DNA from: an uncultured Candidatus Poseidoniales archaeon
GTDB taxonomy: Archaea > Thermoplasmatota > Poseidoniia > Poseidoniales > Poseidoniaceae
Assembly (NCBI GenBank): GCA_963968885.1
Contig: CAXAGT010000002.1
Span: 843-64,842, forward strand
Direction of reading: 5' to 3'
Length of the DNA: 64,000 nt
This document shows, in pieces, positions 19,037-28,734 of this stretch; position 1 is the first letter of the stretch; each line of letters opens with the position of its first letter. The position numbers and the translations under genes are program-made. Under the pieces are notes generated by a model. The model did no database searches and was not told the origin of the DNA. It saw only the letters and a list, made by a program, of their open reading frames with translations.

Positions 19037-20226
19037 TCTCTAGTGACTAGCATAGCCACAGCGTTCCCTCCACCCAAACAGAGCGAAACAATTCCAGACT
19101 TTGCGTCTTTTCTTCTCATAACACCAAGCATTGTGATTAAGCATCTTGTTCCACTTGCTCCAAGTGGATGACCTAAACTAACTGCTCCACCGTGAAGATT
19201 GAATCTATCATCTGGTATTCCAACTTCTTTAGCTACAGCACATGATGCTGCGGCAAATGCCTCGTTGTGCTCATAGACATCTACATCTAATACCTCGAGT
19301 TTATTCCTCTGCAGTAAATTATTGATTGCAGGAATTGGAGCAGCCATTACCCTCTCTGGCTCCAAACCACTGGTACAATAGTCCTCAATTGTGGCAATTA
19401 TCTCCCAGCCGTTATCTACTGCAGTTTGGTATTCTGCAACCAGTATAGCACTAGCACCATCATTCAATGTGCTTGCATTACCAGCAGTAACTCGCCCATT
19501 TTGTTTGAAGACTGGTCTTAAATTTGCTAATCCATCAGCAGTCGTTCCAGCTCTTACACCTTCGTCGACATTGAACATTAACGGCTCACCTCTCCTTTGA
19601 GGGATTTCCATTGCAAATCTCTCCCAATCAAACCAGCCGTTTGACTCTGCTTCGGTTGCAAGCCTTTGGGATCTTGCTGCAAATTCGTCCATTTGTTCTC
19701 TGCTTATCTCAAACTCATCAGAGACTACCTCGCCTGTATTTCCCATGTGCATGTCGTTGTAAACATCCCATAGTCCATCATAAATCATTGAGTCAATCAA
19801 CATTGAATCGCCCATTTTTTGCCCAAATCTTTGTTTGAATAATAGTTGAGGTGCATTGGTCATAGATTCCATTCCTCCCGCTATTACAACATTGTATTCA
19901 CCTGCTCTAATTGCGTTGGCTGCTAACATTGCTGCCTTGAGTGAGGAGCCGCATACTTTGTTTATTGTTACACATGGAGTCGATACCGGAAGTCCTGATC
20001 CTAAAGCTACTTGCCTAGCAGGATTCTGACCTGCCCCTGCTTGCAAAACTTGACCGAAGATTACCTCTTCAATCAATCCCGAGTCAGGATCTATTCCTGT
20101 TCTATTCATTAATTCCTTCACAGAAGCAACACCGAGGTCAACTGCTGAGAATGGAGATAAAGTCCCCATGAACCTGCCTATAGGAGTTCTAGCAACCCCA
20201 CAAATCACGACTCTCTTCGCTCCCAT
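19033..20226 (-). CDS. Acetyl-CoA C-acetyltransferase (thiolase II)
   Basis: Catalytic Cys in NKVCGSSLKA, then HNEAFAAAS, GHPLGASG and CLGGGNAVA. Confidence 0.95.
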   Translation of the reverse strand: MGAKRVVICGVARTPIGRFMGTLSPFSAVDLGVASVKELMNRTGIDPDSGLIEEVIFGQVLQAGAGQNPARQVALGSGLPVSTPCVTINKVCGSSLKAAMLAANAIRAGEYNVVIAGGMESMTNAPQLLFKQRFGQKMGDSMLIDSMIYDGLWDVYNDMHMGNTGEVVSDEFEISREQMDEFAARSQRLATEAESNGWFDWERFAMEIPQRRGEPLMFNVDEGVRAGTTADGLANLRPVFKQNGRVTAGNASTLNDGASAILVAEYQTAVDNGWEIIATIEDYCTSGLEPERVMAAPIPAINNLLQRNKLEVLDVDVYEHNEAFAAASCAVAKEVGIPDDRFNLHGGAVSLGHPLGASGTRCLITMLGVMRRKDAKSGIVSLCLGGGNAVAMLVTRD

Positions 20227-20322
20227 AAAATCCCGAATTAGAACGAGATATTCAACTTTTCATGCTCTATTATTGGAAAAACAAGCCGATTCATTGAAAC
20301 GGAAGTTATTTTTGGACAGGAC

Positions 20323-21147
20323 ATGGCAAAAATCAAGTCTGGTTTCACCCCAAAAAGAGAAAAAAACGAAATGCGTCATGTAGAAGTTGAATTGGACTTC
20401 ACTCCTAATGCACTTGCGTCTGTTCTTTACAGGCAAGGAGATACCGTCATCCTTGCTTGCGTCACCAAGGAAGCAAGGCTCCCAGGCTGGTTCCCAAGAA
20501 ACGCTACAAAAGGCTGGGTTCATGCCGAATATTCTTTACTACCTGCTTCTACTGATTCAAGATTCAGAAGAGAAAGAAGAGGCGCCAAGGGAAGAACTCA
20601 AGAAATTGAAAGATTGATTGCTCGTTCATTGAGAGCAGCAGTTGATTTGGAAGAATTAGGTCCAATAGCACTGAATGTGGATTGTGATGTGCTAAACGCA
20701 GATGGTGGCACAAGATGTGCTGCAATTACAGCGGGTAATATCGCTTTAAGATTAGCTGTTAGAAGACTTATCGCAAACGGAACATGTATGCCTGCTGACT
20801 TGAGATTAACTGAAGATCAAAAGAAGGAAGGAGTCGCTCCAGCCACAATGACCGATGAAGAAAAGAAATCACATGAAGCAAGAGTGCTTCCACATGAATT
20901 AGCAGCGGTTTCAGTTGGTTTAATCGATGGTGAAGTCTACTTAGACCTTGATTATGATTTGGACTCAAATGCAGATGTTGACATGAATGTAATCAAAACA
21001 AGTGATGGCAGGTATGTTGAAATTCAAGGAACTGGAGAGGAGAGCACTTTCTCTGGAGAAGAATTGATCAAACTCCTATCCGTAGCGGATGGTGGAATTG
21101 ATACCATAGTAGAGGCTCAAAAGATAGCCTTGGAAGGTATTGAATGA
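20323..21147 (+). CDS. rph: Ribonuclease PH, bacterial type, with an internal insertion
   Basis: GWVHAEYSLLPASTDSRFRRE, GRTQEIERLIARSLRAAVDL, DCDVLNADGGTRCAAITAG and DMNVIKTSDGRYVEIQGTGE line up with the E. coli Rph sequence as I remember it. Confidence 0.9.
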   Translation: MAKIKSGFTPKREKNEMRHVEVELDFTPNALASVLYRQGDTVILACVTKEARLPGWFPRNATKGWVHAEYSLLPASTDSRFRRERRGAKGRTQEIERLIARSLRAAVDLEELGPIALNVDCDVLNADGGTRCAAITAGNIALRLAVRRLIANGTCMPADLRLTEDQKKEGVAPATMTDEEKKSHEARVLPHELAAVSVGLIDGEVYLDLDYDLDSNADVDMNVIKTSDGRYVEIQGTGEESTFSGEELIKLLSVADGGIDTIVEAQKIALEGIE

Positions 21148-21206
21148 TTTTTTGATAGGTTTTCCTTATACAAATTATCAATAATAAAACAAATTTTGGT
21201 CCAAGC

Positions 21207-21617
21207 GTGAAGACTAAGCCACTTGTGTTACATCTTGCTGCAATTTTCCTGGGTTTTGCATTTACGTGGGTAGGTATTCAACACTTTACAGACACTGAAT
21301 GGTTTGAGCCCATAGTGCCAAAATTCTTCGATAACCCCCGATTCTGGGTTTTGGTAACTGGATATATGGAGATCGGTTTAGGTCTCGGATTAATTATTCC
21401 AAAAACAAGACGAATTGCTGCTATCGGGACATTTGTTTTCCTTCTCGGAATATACTGGGCCAACCTAAACATGTGGGTCAACGATATCGCTTTGGGTGGA
21501 GTGACATATGGGCAATCATTTCATCTAATCCGATTATCCATTCAGATATTGATGATCATAACCACTCTACTAATTGCAGGTGGAATATATGACGTACCAG
21601 AGAAAATGAGAAGCTAA
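21207..21617 (+). CDS. Small integral membrane protein, DoxX-like (4 TM)
   Basis: GTG-start ORF with four hydrophobic segments. The resemblance to the DoxX family is weak and comes from memory only. Confidence 0.5.
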   Translation: MKTKPLVLHLAAIFLGFAFTWVGIQHFTDTEWFEPIVPKFFDNPRFWVLVTGYMEIGLGLGLIIPKTRRIAAIGTFVFLLGIYWANLNMWVNDIALGGVTYGQSFHLIRLSIQILMIITTLLIAGGIYDVPEKMRS

Positions 21618-21633
21618 GCAAAGAATTTCGAGG

Positions 21634-21705
21634 TGGGTCAGGCCGGACTTGAACCAGCGACCTCCGCATCTTCAGTGCGGCGCTCTCCCACTAAGCTACT
21701 GACCC
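21634..21705 (-). tRNA. tRNA-Phe (anticodon GAA), no complete encoded CCA
   Basis: Reverse complement reads GGGTCAG-TA-GCTTAGTGGGAGAGC-G-CCGCA-CTGAAGA-TGCGG-AGGTC-GCTGG-TTCAAGT-CCGGC-CTGACCC-A. All four stems pair. Confidence 0.87.
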
Positions 21706-21831
21706 CGAGCAATCTCGCCAAAGCCCGCAAGACTTCAATCCTTCGCTATCTGCTACATCGATTTTTGAAAGATAATTACAAAAAATAATCAACATACTGA
21801 AGGTAGATGTTCAAATACTCTCATCAAAATC

Positions 21832-23949
21832 ATGCAAAGCGTTGATGAAATGGAACATACTGGACTTGCCATGGCTGGAGGAGATTCTAAGAAGTCCAGC
21901 CATGATAATCTGAACTATCCAACGAAGGATGCTTCTGTTTCCAAAGACCTTGCGAGCATTCGACGGAGAAGAGCGAATGACAAAGGGAAGAAATTCCCTA
22001 CCCAAGTCGAAGACTTCGTTCTAATCCTCGGTTTTATTTATGGAGCGTTATTTGCACTTCTTCTGTTCTCGATGAGTTCTGGCGTGTTTGGAGATTCGAC
22101 TTGGATGGACCACGCTGCAAGCCAAACCGTTCTAGATCGAGGTGATGAATGCAATGAGATCAGCGAGACTCCGTGGGTTCACTTATACACAGATAACGAC
22201 AATGAAGCAATTGCCATAGGAGGATATAATCTAGACCAAGGAATAGCATTTGTCAACTCAACTTTCTTCGAAATCGTTGATGATAATACTGAAAGATTTG
22301 AATTTAAGCAAGAAGAAAACATGACTGTAAGTAGTTCTGGGACCTTAGAAACCTCGATATCATTCCACGACTTAGAAGAATCCACTTACAAATTACAGGT
22401 TTCTATTGCAGTGGATAAATTGTCTGGTGATGCAGAAAGTGAAATTGCCACTAACTCAATTGTTTTCGAACTAGAAAACACATCTTCACCACTCTCTGGA
22501 CTACCTATGGTAAGTGATGAATCCCATTTGGAAGCGCATGTTATTGAAAGCGGAACTAGAAACTGCTGGACAATGACTGAACTTGGAAACTGGGGATTTG
22601 TGCTTATGGGCGCTGAACTTGGAGGAGGTCGTGAGACTGCAATGCTGAGCGGCGGGGCTGCTGGAATTCCTGCTTGGTGGATGGCTTACATTTCATTATC
22701 ATTATCAGTGGTATCGCTTTTCCTTCTATATCCGTTAATGTACAAAGTGTATCATCAAGATACCGACGATATGCTATCAAGGCACCATATTACACAGCTA
22801 GTTCTAGAAACAGTTGAAAAATCGGCAACTCGACTCAAAATCGAAGTCGATTGGGAACTTTTCAAAGTAGACCCCAGAGACTTATCTGTTGACATAATTG
22901 TACCTTACAAGGATACTGATGACACACTCTCAGATCACATGGATGTTAGGGCTGAAGTGTTAAGAGAAATTCTAGAAGAATTCGCTATTTTTAGAGTATT
23001 CAAACCAGTTCAATTAACCGTTAGAAGTATAGGTTCGGATTCAGGTGCTATCGACTTTGATTCAGGAATAGGAGTAGGAAGATCAGAGAAGGCGGACTTA
23101 TCCAAAGGCATGGATTACACCTCGTTCTTTGATGATTTACACACCCTATCTAGTATCGAAGATAATGTAAGGGAAGCTCTTGACAAATACTTCTCAGACA
23201 AACCCAATCTTACAATGGTCGGCTGTATTGTTACTAGTGATGACAGAAACGTCTTGGTAAACCTAATTTTCCAACCTAACACTAAATTTGCATTCTTCAG
23301 GTTCAAAGAAACAGCGGTAGACATACAGAATAGCCTGCATGAATTCCTGACCAAGGAGATTCCAGAACTATTCGATAGGCAACAGCTTGTAATGAAAGTA
23401 AGAAACCAAGTCTCAACTCTTGCCGATAGATCAGGTGCTGGAAGGGTTGAATCAGATAAGAAATCAAAGGACAGAGTAGCTGCTATCGCAAAACAAGACG
23501 GTTTAGGAGGAAGAGTTCTACAAACAAGATTCGTTGGTAATCTTTTGTCTACAGTGGAATACACTGCCAACGAAAAAAGAGACATGATCAACAAATATGG
23601 TTTCTGGGGTCTAATCGGCTTTGTTTGGATTCCGTTTATGGCCTCTGGTGTAATTGTAGGATCTATGCTAGGAATGCTCTCAAGAATGAAGTTCATGCGA
23701 GTACTGTGGGCTGTTCTCGTGGGCGGTACTGCTGCTTCAGTAACTTGGGCTTACACCGCTGAAGGAATTATTCGATTCATGCACGCTTACAGGTTAGAAG
23801 CATTCATTCCTATCGCTATTGTTGTATTTGTTCTATTAGCAGTAATTCACATGAGAACTACGAAGAATAGACGACAAGCCGAACTCTTCGAAGATACTCT
23901 GTTGGAAAATTTCCACGAAGAATTCTCATCAAAATACGGTACAGAATGA
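21832..23949 (+). CDS. Multi-domain membrane protein with a C-terminal small-multidrug-export-like (COG2426-type) module
   Basis: Predicted order: TM, ~200-aa external acidic domain, TM pair, ~270-aa soluble domain. The C-terminal TM bundle reads YGFWGLIGFVWIPFMASGVIVGSMLGMLSRMKFMRVLWAVLVGG. The family assignment is from memory and low-certainty. Confidence 0.55.
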   Translation: MQSVDEMEHTGLAMAGGDSKKSSHDNLNYPTKDASVSKDLASIRRRRANDKGKKFPTQVEDFVLILGFIYGALFALLLFSMSSGVFGDSTWMDHAASQTVLDRGDECNEISETPWVHLYTDNDNEAIAIGGYNLDQGIAFVNSTFFEIVDDNTERFEFKQEENMTVSSSGTLETSISFHDLEESTYKLQVSIAVDKLSGDAESEIATNSIVFELENTSSPLSGLPMVSDESHLEAHVIESGTRNCWTMTELGNWGFVLMGAELGGGRETAMLSGGAAGIPAWWMAYISLSLSVVSLFLLYPLMYKVYHQDTDDMLSRHHITQLVLETVEKSATRLKIEVDWELFKVDPRDLSVDIIVPYKDTDDTLSDHMDVRAEVLREILEEFAIFRVFKPVQLTVRSIGSDSGAIDFDSGIGVGRSEKADLSKGMDYTSFFDDLHTLSSIEDNVREALDKYFSDKPNLTMVGCIVTSDDRNVLVNLIFQPNTKFAFFRFKETAVDIQNSLHEFLTKEIPELFDRQQLVMKVRNQVSTLADRSGAGRVESDKKSKDRVAAIAKQDGLGGRVLQTRFVGNLLSTVEYTANEKRDMINKYGFWGLIGFVWIPFMASGVIVGSMLGMLSRMKFMRVLWAVLVGGTAASVTWAYTAEGIIRFMHAYRLEAFIPIAIVVFVLLAVIHMRTTKNRRQAELFEDTLLENFHEEFSSKYGTE

Positions 23950-23958
23950 GGTGCTTCC

Positions 23959-24543
23959 TTGGAGAAATTAACGCATGTAAATGCAAGAGAAGGCAACCTT
24001 GGAGACAGGTTGAAATTAGGAATTATAACCGTTAGCGACAGAGCATCTACTGGTGAATATCTAGACGAGGGAGGACCTGCTATCCTTGATTTCTTCAAAG
24101 AAGCATTGCTTAACGAATTCGAAGTAAATTACTCGTGTGTTCCTGATGAACGTGATAAGATCAGGGATGAACTAATTCATTTCTGTGATGTATTGAAGTG
24201 TGACGTGGTAGTGACAACAGGCGGTACTGGCCCAGCAAAGAGGGATGTCACGCCCGAAGCAACAGAGGATGTTATTCAGAAATTACTTCCAGGCTTTGGT
24301 GAACAAATGCGAGCGATATCTCTTGCTTTCGTTCCCACCGCAATCCTATCAAGGCAGCTGGGCGGAGTTAGAAATGAGAGTTTAATCTTCAATCTTCCAG
24401 GACGCCCGAAGGCAATTAGGGAAACAATAGACGAGATATGGCGTGCTGTACCTTATTGTGTTGATTTAATAGGCGGAGGATATATCCATTGCGACAAAAC
24501 AGTATGTAATGATTTCAGACCTAAGTCTGCTATTAGGAAATGA
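23959..24543 (+). CDS. mogA: Molybdopterin adenylyltransferase / MoaB-MogA family protein
   Basis: LGIITVSDRAS and VVTTGGTGPAKRDVTPEAT. The TTG start lies 5 nt after GAGGTG (23948..23953). Confidence 0.85.
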   Translation: MEKLTHVNAREGNLGDRLKLGIITVSDRASTGEYLDEGGPAILDFFKEALLNEFEVNYSCVPDERDKIRDELIHFCDVLKCDVVVTTGGTGPAKRDVTPEATEDVIQKLLPGFGEQMRAISLAFVPTAILSRQLGGVRNESLIFNLPGRPKAIRETIDEIWRAVPYCVDLIGGGYIHCDKTVCNDFRPKSAIRK

Positions 24544-24587
24544 TTTTCATTGAAATAGTTGATTAGCCTAATCCTATTGCAATCACC

Positions 24588-25997
24588 ATGTCAAAAGGTA
24601 ACCTGCTTGTGACAAATGCAAGTATAGTGCTTGAAAGTGAAGTATTGGTCGGAGACCTAAGGATTCAAGATGGAATTATTCATGAAATTTCGACAAACAA
24701 AACAATTGAGGCTAAAGAAGGAGAATTAGTTGTTGATGGAACTGGTTTACATCTTATGCCTGGAATGATAGACCCTCAAGTTCACTTTAGAGACCCTGGA
24801 CAACCAGAAAAAGAAGACCTATACAGCGGAAGTGTAGCTGCCGCAAGTGGAGGTATTACCTCATTCTTGGATATGCCCAACAACGTCCCATCAATTACTG
24901 ATTTGAAAGGCATGCAAGGAAAATTGGATACGGCTGCGAGTAAATGTATCACAAACTTTGGTTTCTTCATAGGAGCCACTCCTGACAACGTAGAAGATTT
25001 GCAGGAAGCGGTTGGAACTCCAGACAAGCCAATCGCAATTCCAGGAATCTGTGGAATTAAAATCTTCATGGGATCCTCAACTGGAACGCTTCTGGTGAAT
25101 GGACAAGATGCATTAGAAGCCATCTTTGCTGGTACTGCAGGTCTAATCGCAGTTCATGCTGAGGATGAAACTAGAATGGACGAAAGGTGGGAGATGCACA
25201 AAGACAGGACTGATATGGCTGCCCATGCAGAATGGCGTGATGACCAAACTGCCCTAATCGCAACAAAAAGAGCAGTAGATTTAGCTCAGAGGCATGGGCA
25301 CAGGCTACACGTTTTGCACCTAACAAGCGGAATAGAAGCAGAGTGGCTTGAAGGGATTACAGGAATGCCAGATTCCTTTGATTCTGGAGCAATAATAACC
25401 ACAGAAACTCTACCTCAGCATCTGACTTTTGATGAAGTTGATGTTGAAAGAGAGGGGACCAGATTGAAAATGAACCCCCCAATTAGATATGCTAAAGACA
25501 AGGAATTGCTTTGGAATGGTCTGAAGAATGGAACAATTCAATGCATTGCCACCGATCATGCACCACATACACTTGAAGCAAAATCACAAGGTTTCCCCAA
25601 AGCACCAAGCGGTATGCCAGGTGTTGAAACCTCCCTTGCAGTAATGCTTACTCATGCAAAGGAGGGAACTTGCAGCATCTTTGACGTTGTCAATTGGATG
25701 TCAGCTGCCCCTGCTGCGCTTTTCCAAATGCAAGGTAAAGGAAAACTAGAGGTAGGTTATGATGGTGACATCATTTTGGTTGATATGGAGAATACTGCGA
25801 TTGTCCAAGATGAGAATTGCTGGTCAAGAGTCGGATGGAATCCAAATCGTGGAAGAGAGTTAACCGGCTGGACACAATTGACTGTTGTTGGAGGAGTACC
25901 TGTTTTCCAAAGAAATCACAAGACTGGACAGAAGGGCGAAGTAATGGTTTCAGCAGGAGATGTAGGAGAAGCATTAGTCATGCTACCTTGGGGATAA
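24588..25997 (+). CDS. pyrC: Dihydroorotase-like cyclic amidohydrolase (first metal-ligand His replaced by Gln)
   Basis: DPQVHFRDPGQPEKEDLYSGSVAAASGGITSFLDMPN, GIKIFMG, VHAED, HVLHLTS and ATDHAPH. Confidence 0.82.
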   Translation: MSKGNLLVTNASIVLESEVLVGDLRIQDGIIHEISTNKTIEAKEGELVVDGTGLHLMPGMIDPQVHFRDPGQPEKEDLYSGSVAAASGGITSFLDMPNNVPSITDLKGMQGKLDTAASKCITNFGFFIGATPDNVEDLQEAVGTPDKPIAIPGICGIKIFMGSSTGTLLVNGQDALEAIFAGTAGLIAVHAEDETRMDERWEMHKDRTDMAAHAEWRDDQTALIATKRAVDLAQRHGHRLHVLHLTSGIEAEWLEGITGMPDSFDSGAIITTETLPQHLTFDEVDVEREGTRLKMNPPIRYAKDKELLWNGLKNGTIQCIATDHAPHTLEAKSQGFPKAPSGMPGVETSLAVMLTHAKEGTCSIFDVVNWMSAAPAALFQMQGKGKLEVGYDGDIILVDMENTAIVQDENCWSRVGWNPNRGRELTGWTQLTVVGGVPVFQRNHKTGQKGEVMVSAGDVGEALVMLPWG

Positions 25998-27494
25998 TCA
26001 AACTAAAGAGTAAAGATCCCCGTATTTCTTTTCAAGATAATCCAAGAAATCATCGCTTGATGGTGGTTTACCCGTTGCGGATTCAATCAATTCACTCGGA
26101 GTAAGTAAACTGCCTTTTTCATGAATTTTTTCTTTCAACCATGAAAGCATTTTCGACCAGTCACCTGATTTTGTCATTTCAGAGACACTACCAAGTTCTT
26201 CCTCAATCTTATTCATAAGTTGCGAAGCATACAAATTACCCAAAGTGTAAGTCGGGAAGTAACCAAAAGCCGACATTGACCAATGTATGTCTTGTAAGCA
26301 CCCTTCAGTATCGTTGCTCGGTGTTATCCCAAACCAATCTTGGAACATTTGATTCCATACTTTTGGAATTTCTGAAACTTCAAGACCCTCATTGAATATT
26401 TTCTTTTCAATTTCATATCTCAACATTATGTGAAGATTGTAAGTGACCTCGTCTGCCTCCACTCTAATGAAAGAAGTATCAACTTGATTTGCAATAAGAT
26501 TTAGCTCAGCACTTGTCCAATCAGGGCTGTCTGGAAACTCTTCTTTGAACCAAGGTAGTGCCACATCCCAAAACTCGCTAGTTCTTCCAATCTGATTTTC
26601 CCAAAAACGAGATTGGGATTCATGGACTCCTAATGATATTGCAGAACCTCTGGGCGTAAGAGAATGGTTTGGATGGAGCCCTTGTTCATACAATGCGTGT
26701 CCAGTTTCATGCATTACTGCATACAAACAAGAAAACGGATCCTTTTCATCAAATCTTGTAGTGAATCTTGTGTCTCCTTTCCATAAACCCGCTGAAAACG
26801 GGTGGGTTGATGCATCCATCCTACCATAATCAAAGTCAAAGCCCATCGCTTTGCTAACTTTATGACAGAATCTGGTCTGTGCATCCTCTGAAAATTTCAT
26901 TTCTGGAGGTAATTCGGGAATTGACATATTCTTTTTGGCTTCTATGATTTTAGCCAATAGAGGAACTAATCTTACTCTAAGTCCCTCAAACAGTTCGTCA
27001 TAGTCAGCAACGGTCATACCAACTTCGTATTCGTCAAGTAAAGTGTCGTATGGTGTGGCTTTCTTAGGTAAATATTCGATTTTTTCTCTAGTCATTTCAA
27101 CCAAGTTTTCCAATGAAGATTGAAATAACGAAAAGTCTGAATCTTGCCTTGCTTTTTGCCAAGTCAATAAAGCCTCAGAACGTGCTTTTGCGAATTCTTG
27201 TACAAATGACTCGGGAAGTAAAAGTGCTTTGTCAACCTCTCTTTTCATTTCCCTGAGATTTGACGAAAGATCTTCATCGGTTTTTGATTTGAGAAGTTCT
27301 GTTATCAACTCATTCAATTCAGAATCAGTCATTCTCTTGTGCACTTCTGCTGCTAACCACGAAAGTATGTCAGACCTAGATTCTGCACCACCTTTGGGCA
27401 TGATTGTTTCTTGGTCCCATCCTAAATGACCCCTAATCCCGTTAAGCCTGTAGATATCCTTGACCTTTGAGATGAACTGTTGTTCTTTCGCCAT
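25998..27494 (-). CDS. Carboxypeptidase Taq-type metallopeptidase (family M32)
   Basis: HETGHALYEQG (HExxH), HESQSRFWEN, DIHWS and GYFPTYTLGN. Confidence 0.93.
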   Translation of the reverse strand: MAKEQQFISKVKDIYRLNGIRGHLGWDQETIMPKGGAESRSDILSWLAAEVHKRMTDSELNELITELLKSKTDEDLSSNLREMKREVDKALLLPESFVQEFAKARSEALLTWQKARQDSDFSLFQSSLENLVEMTREKIEYLPKKATPYDTLLDEYEVGMTVADYDELFEGLRVRLVPLLAKIIEAKKNMSIPELPPEMKFSEDAQTRFCHKVSKAMGFDFDYGRMDASTHPFSAGLWKGDTRFTTRFDEKDPFSCLYAVMHETGHALYEQGLHPNHSLTPRGSAISLGVHESQSRFWENQIGRTSEFWDVALPWFKEEFPDSPDWTSAELNLIANQVDTSFIRVEADEVTYNLHIMLRYEIEKKIFNEGLEVSEIPKVWNQMFQDWFGITPSNDTEGCLQDIHWSMSAFGYFPTYTLGNLYASQLMNKIEEELGSVSEMTKSGDWSKMLSWLKEKIHEKGSLLTPSELIESATGKPPSSDDFLDYLEKKYGDLYSLV

Positions 27495-27594
27495 GACTGC
27501 CCCAATTCATGATGTGTCAAGAATGCTTGTGATTCCAAATCTCGAATTAAAATAACTGCCACAAATTGAATAGAGATGAAATCTTGGACTAACC

Positions 27595-28734
27595 ATGGTC
27601 CTACCATTCCGCAGGAAAAATACTCCAGTGGAAGGCGAACAGGTTCCAGATGATAGCGAAATTTTAGAAATCGTCGACCAAATTGAAGAAGAGTTTACGG
27701 CAAATCGTAATGCTTCGCTGGAGACGGAAAGACCCGAGGATGATTCAGAGCTCACACAGAAACTAAATTCATCAGCAAAGACCGTGACTAGAATTTGTAT
27801 GGACATAAGGCGAAATGAAAATGTTTTGATTATCTGTGATCCAACCACAAGCGAAATTGGTGCGGCACTACATGAAGCAGCACTTACATTAAGCGATAGA
27901 GTGCTCCTTATGATGATGCCAAAAGGTAAGCATCATGGTGATGAGCCACCTACACCGGTTACCAATCTGATGAGACAACAAAACGTAATCATAGCACCAA
28001 CAAAATATTCGATAACCCATACCAAAGCAGCAAGAAATGCGCTTAACGAAAGGGCGAGAATTGCAACAATGCCAGGAATTACAACTAAACTATTCACTGA
28101 AGGGGGGATAACTGCAAATTTTGAATCTATCAAAGATGAAATCTCCGAGAAAGCAATAGCTCTTAGAAGAAAAAGATTCATTTCAATCAGACATGAAAAT
28201 GGCACTGATCTTAGTTTTGAGGTAGGTTGGAGAGATTGGAATCAAGATGATAATGGCATTTGTAACCGTCCAAAGATGATTACAAACTTGCCGGCTGGGA
28301 AAATCTTTGTTATGCCAAAAGAAGGAAGCATGAACGGGACCCTAGTTATCGATGGTTCATGGGATTCGAATTTAATTGAAGAAAATCTTGTCCTTCAAGT
28401 CGAAAATGGTCTTGTCATGGATATTTCTGGAGGAGACCTTGCAGTCAGAATAAAGAATGATTTTTCTCAGCATGCTCTCAAGTTACCAAAGAAAGATCAA
28501 GATTTAGTATGGACAATAGCCGAGTTCGGGATTGGTTTGAATCCAATGGCAAAATTGGTAGGAAACGCCCTTGAGGATGAGAAGTGCTATGGTTCCTGCT
28601 ACTTTTCAATGGGAGATAATTCTGCATTTGGTGGAAACGCAAATGTTGGAATAAACATGGTAGGGATAATGAAATCAGCCAACATTTATGTTGATGACAA
28701 ACCGTTTTTAATCGATGGAGAATTCAAATCTTGA
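27595..28734 (+). CDS. Aminopeptidase, M29 (AmpS/PepS-like) family, with an acidic N-terminal extension
   Basis: NVLIICDPTT near the N-terminus and TIAEFGIGLNPMAK near the C-terminus resemble M29 signatures. Assigned from memory. Confidence 0.72.
   Translation: MVLPFRRKNTPVEGEQVPDDSEILEIVDQIEEEFTANRNASLETERPEDDSELTQKLNSSAKTVTRICMDIRRNENVLIICDPTTSEIGAALHEAALTLSDRVLLMMMPKGKHHGDEPPTPVTNLMRQQNVIIAPTKYSITHTKAARNALNERARIATMPGITTKLFTEGGITANFESIKDEISEKAIALRRKRFISIRHENGTDLSFEVGWRDWNQDDNGICNRPKMITNLPAGKIFVMPKEGSMNGTLVIDGSWDSNLIEENLVLQVENGLVMDISGGDLAVRIKNDFSQHALKLPKKDQDLVWTIAEFGIGLNPMAKLVGNALEDEKCYGSCYFSMGDNSAFGGNANVGINMVGIMKSANIYVDDKPFLIDGEFKS

Noticed and set aside
20323-21147. RNase PH-like gene as the archaeal exosome subunit Rrp41
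   Set aside because: The motifs (GW..AEY..LP.ST, GRT.EI.RLI.R.LRA, DCDVL.ADGGTR) match the bacterial homo-oligomeric Rph much better. No adjacent Rrp4/Rrp42/Csl4 genes are present.
23115-23696. 193-aa minus-strand ORF (and similar ORFs at 16673..17077, 39180..39650, 62951..63391, 46340..46806)
   Set aside because: Each is nested antisense inside a longer ORF that has recognisable motifs or membrane topology.
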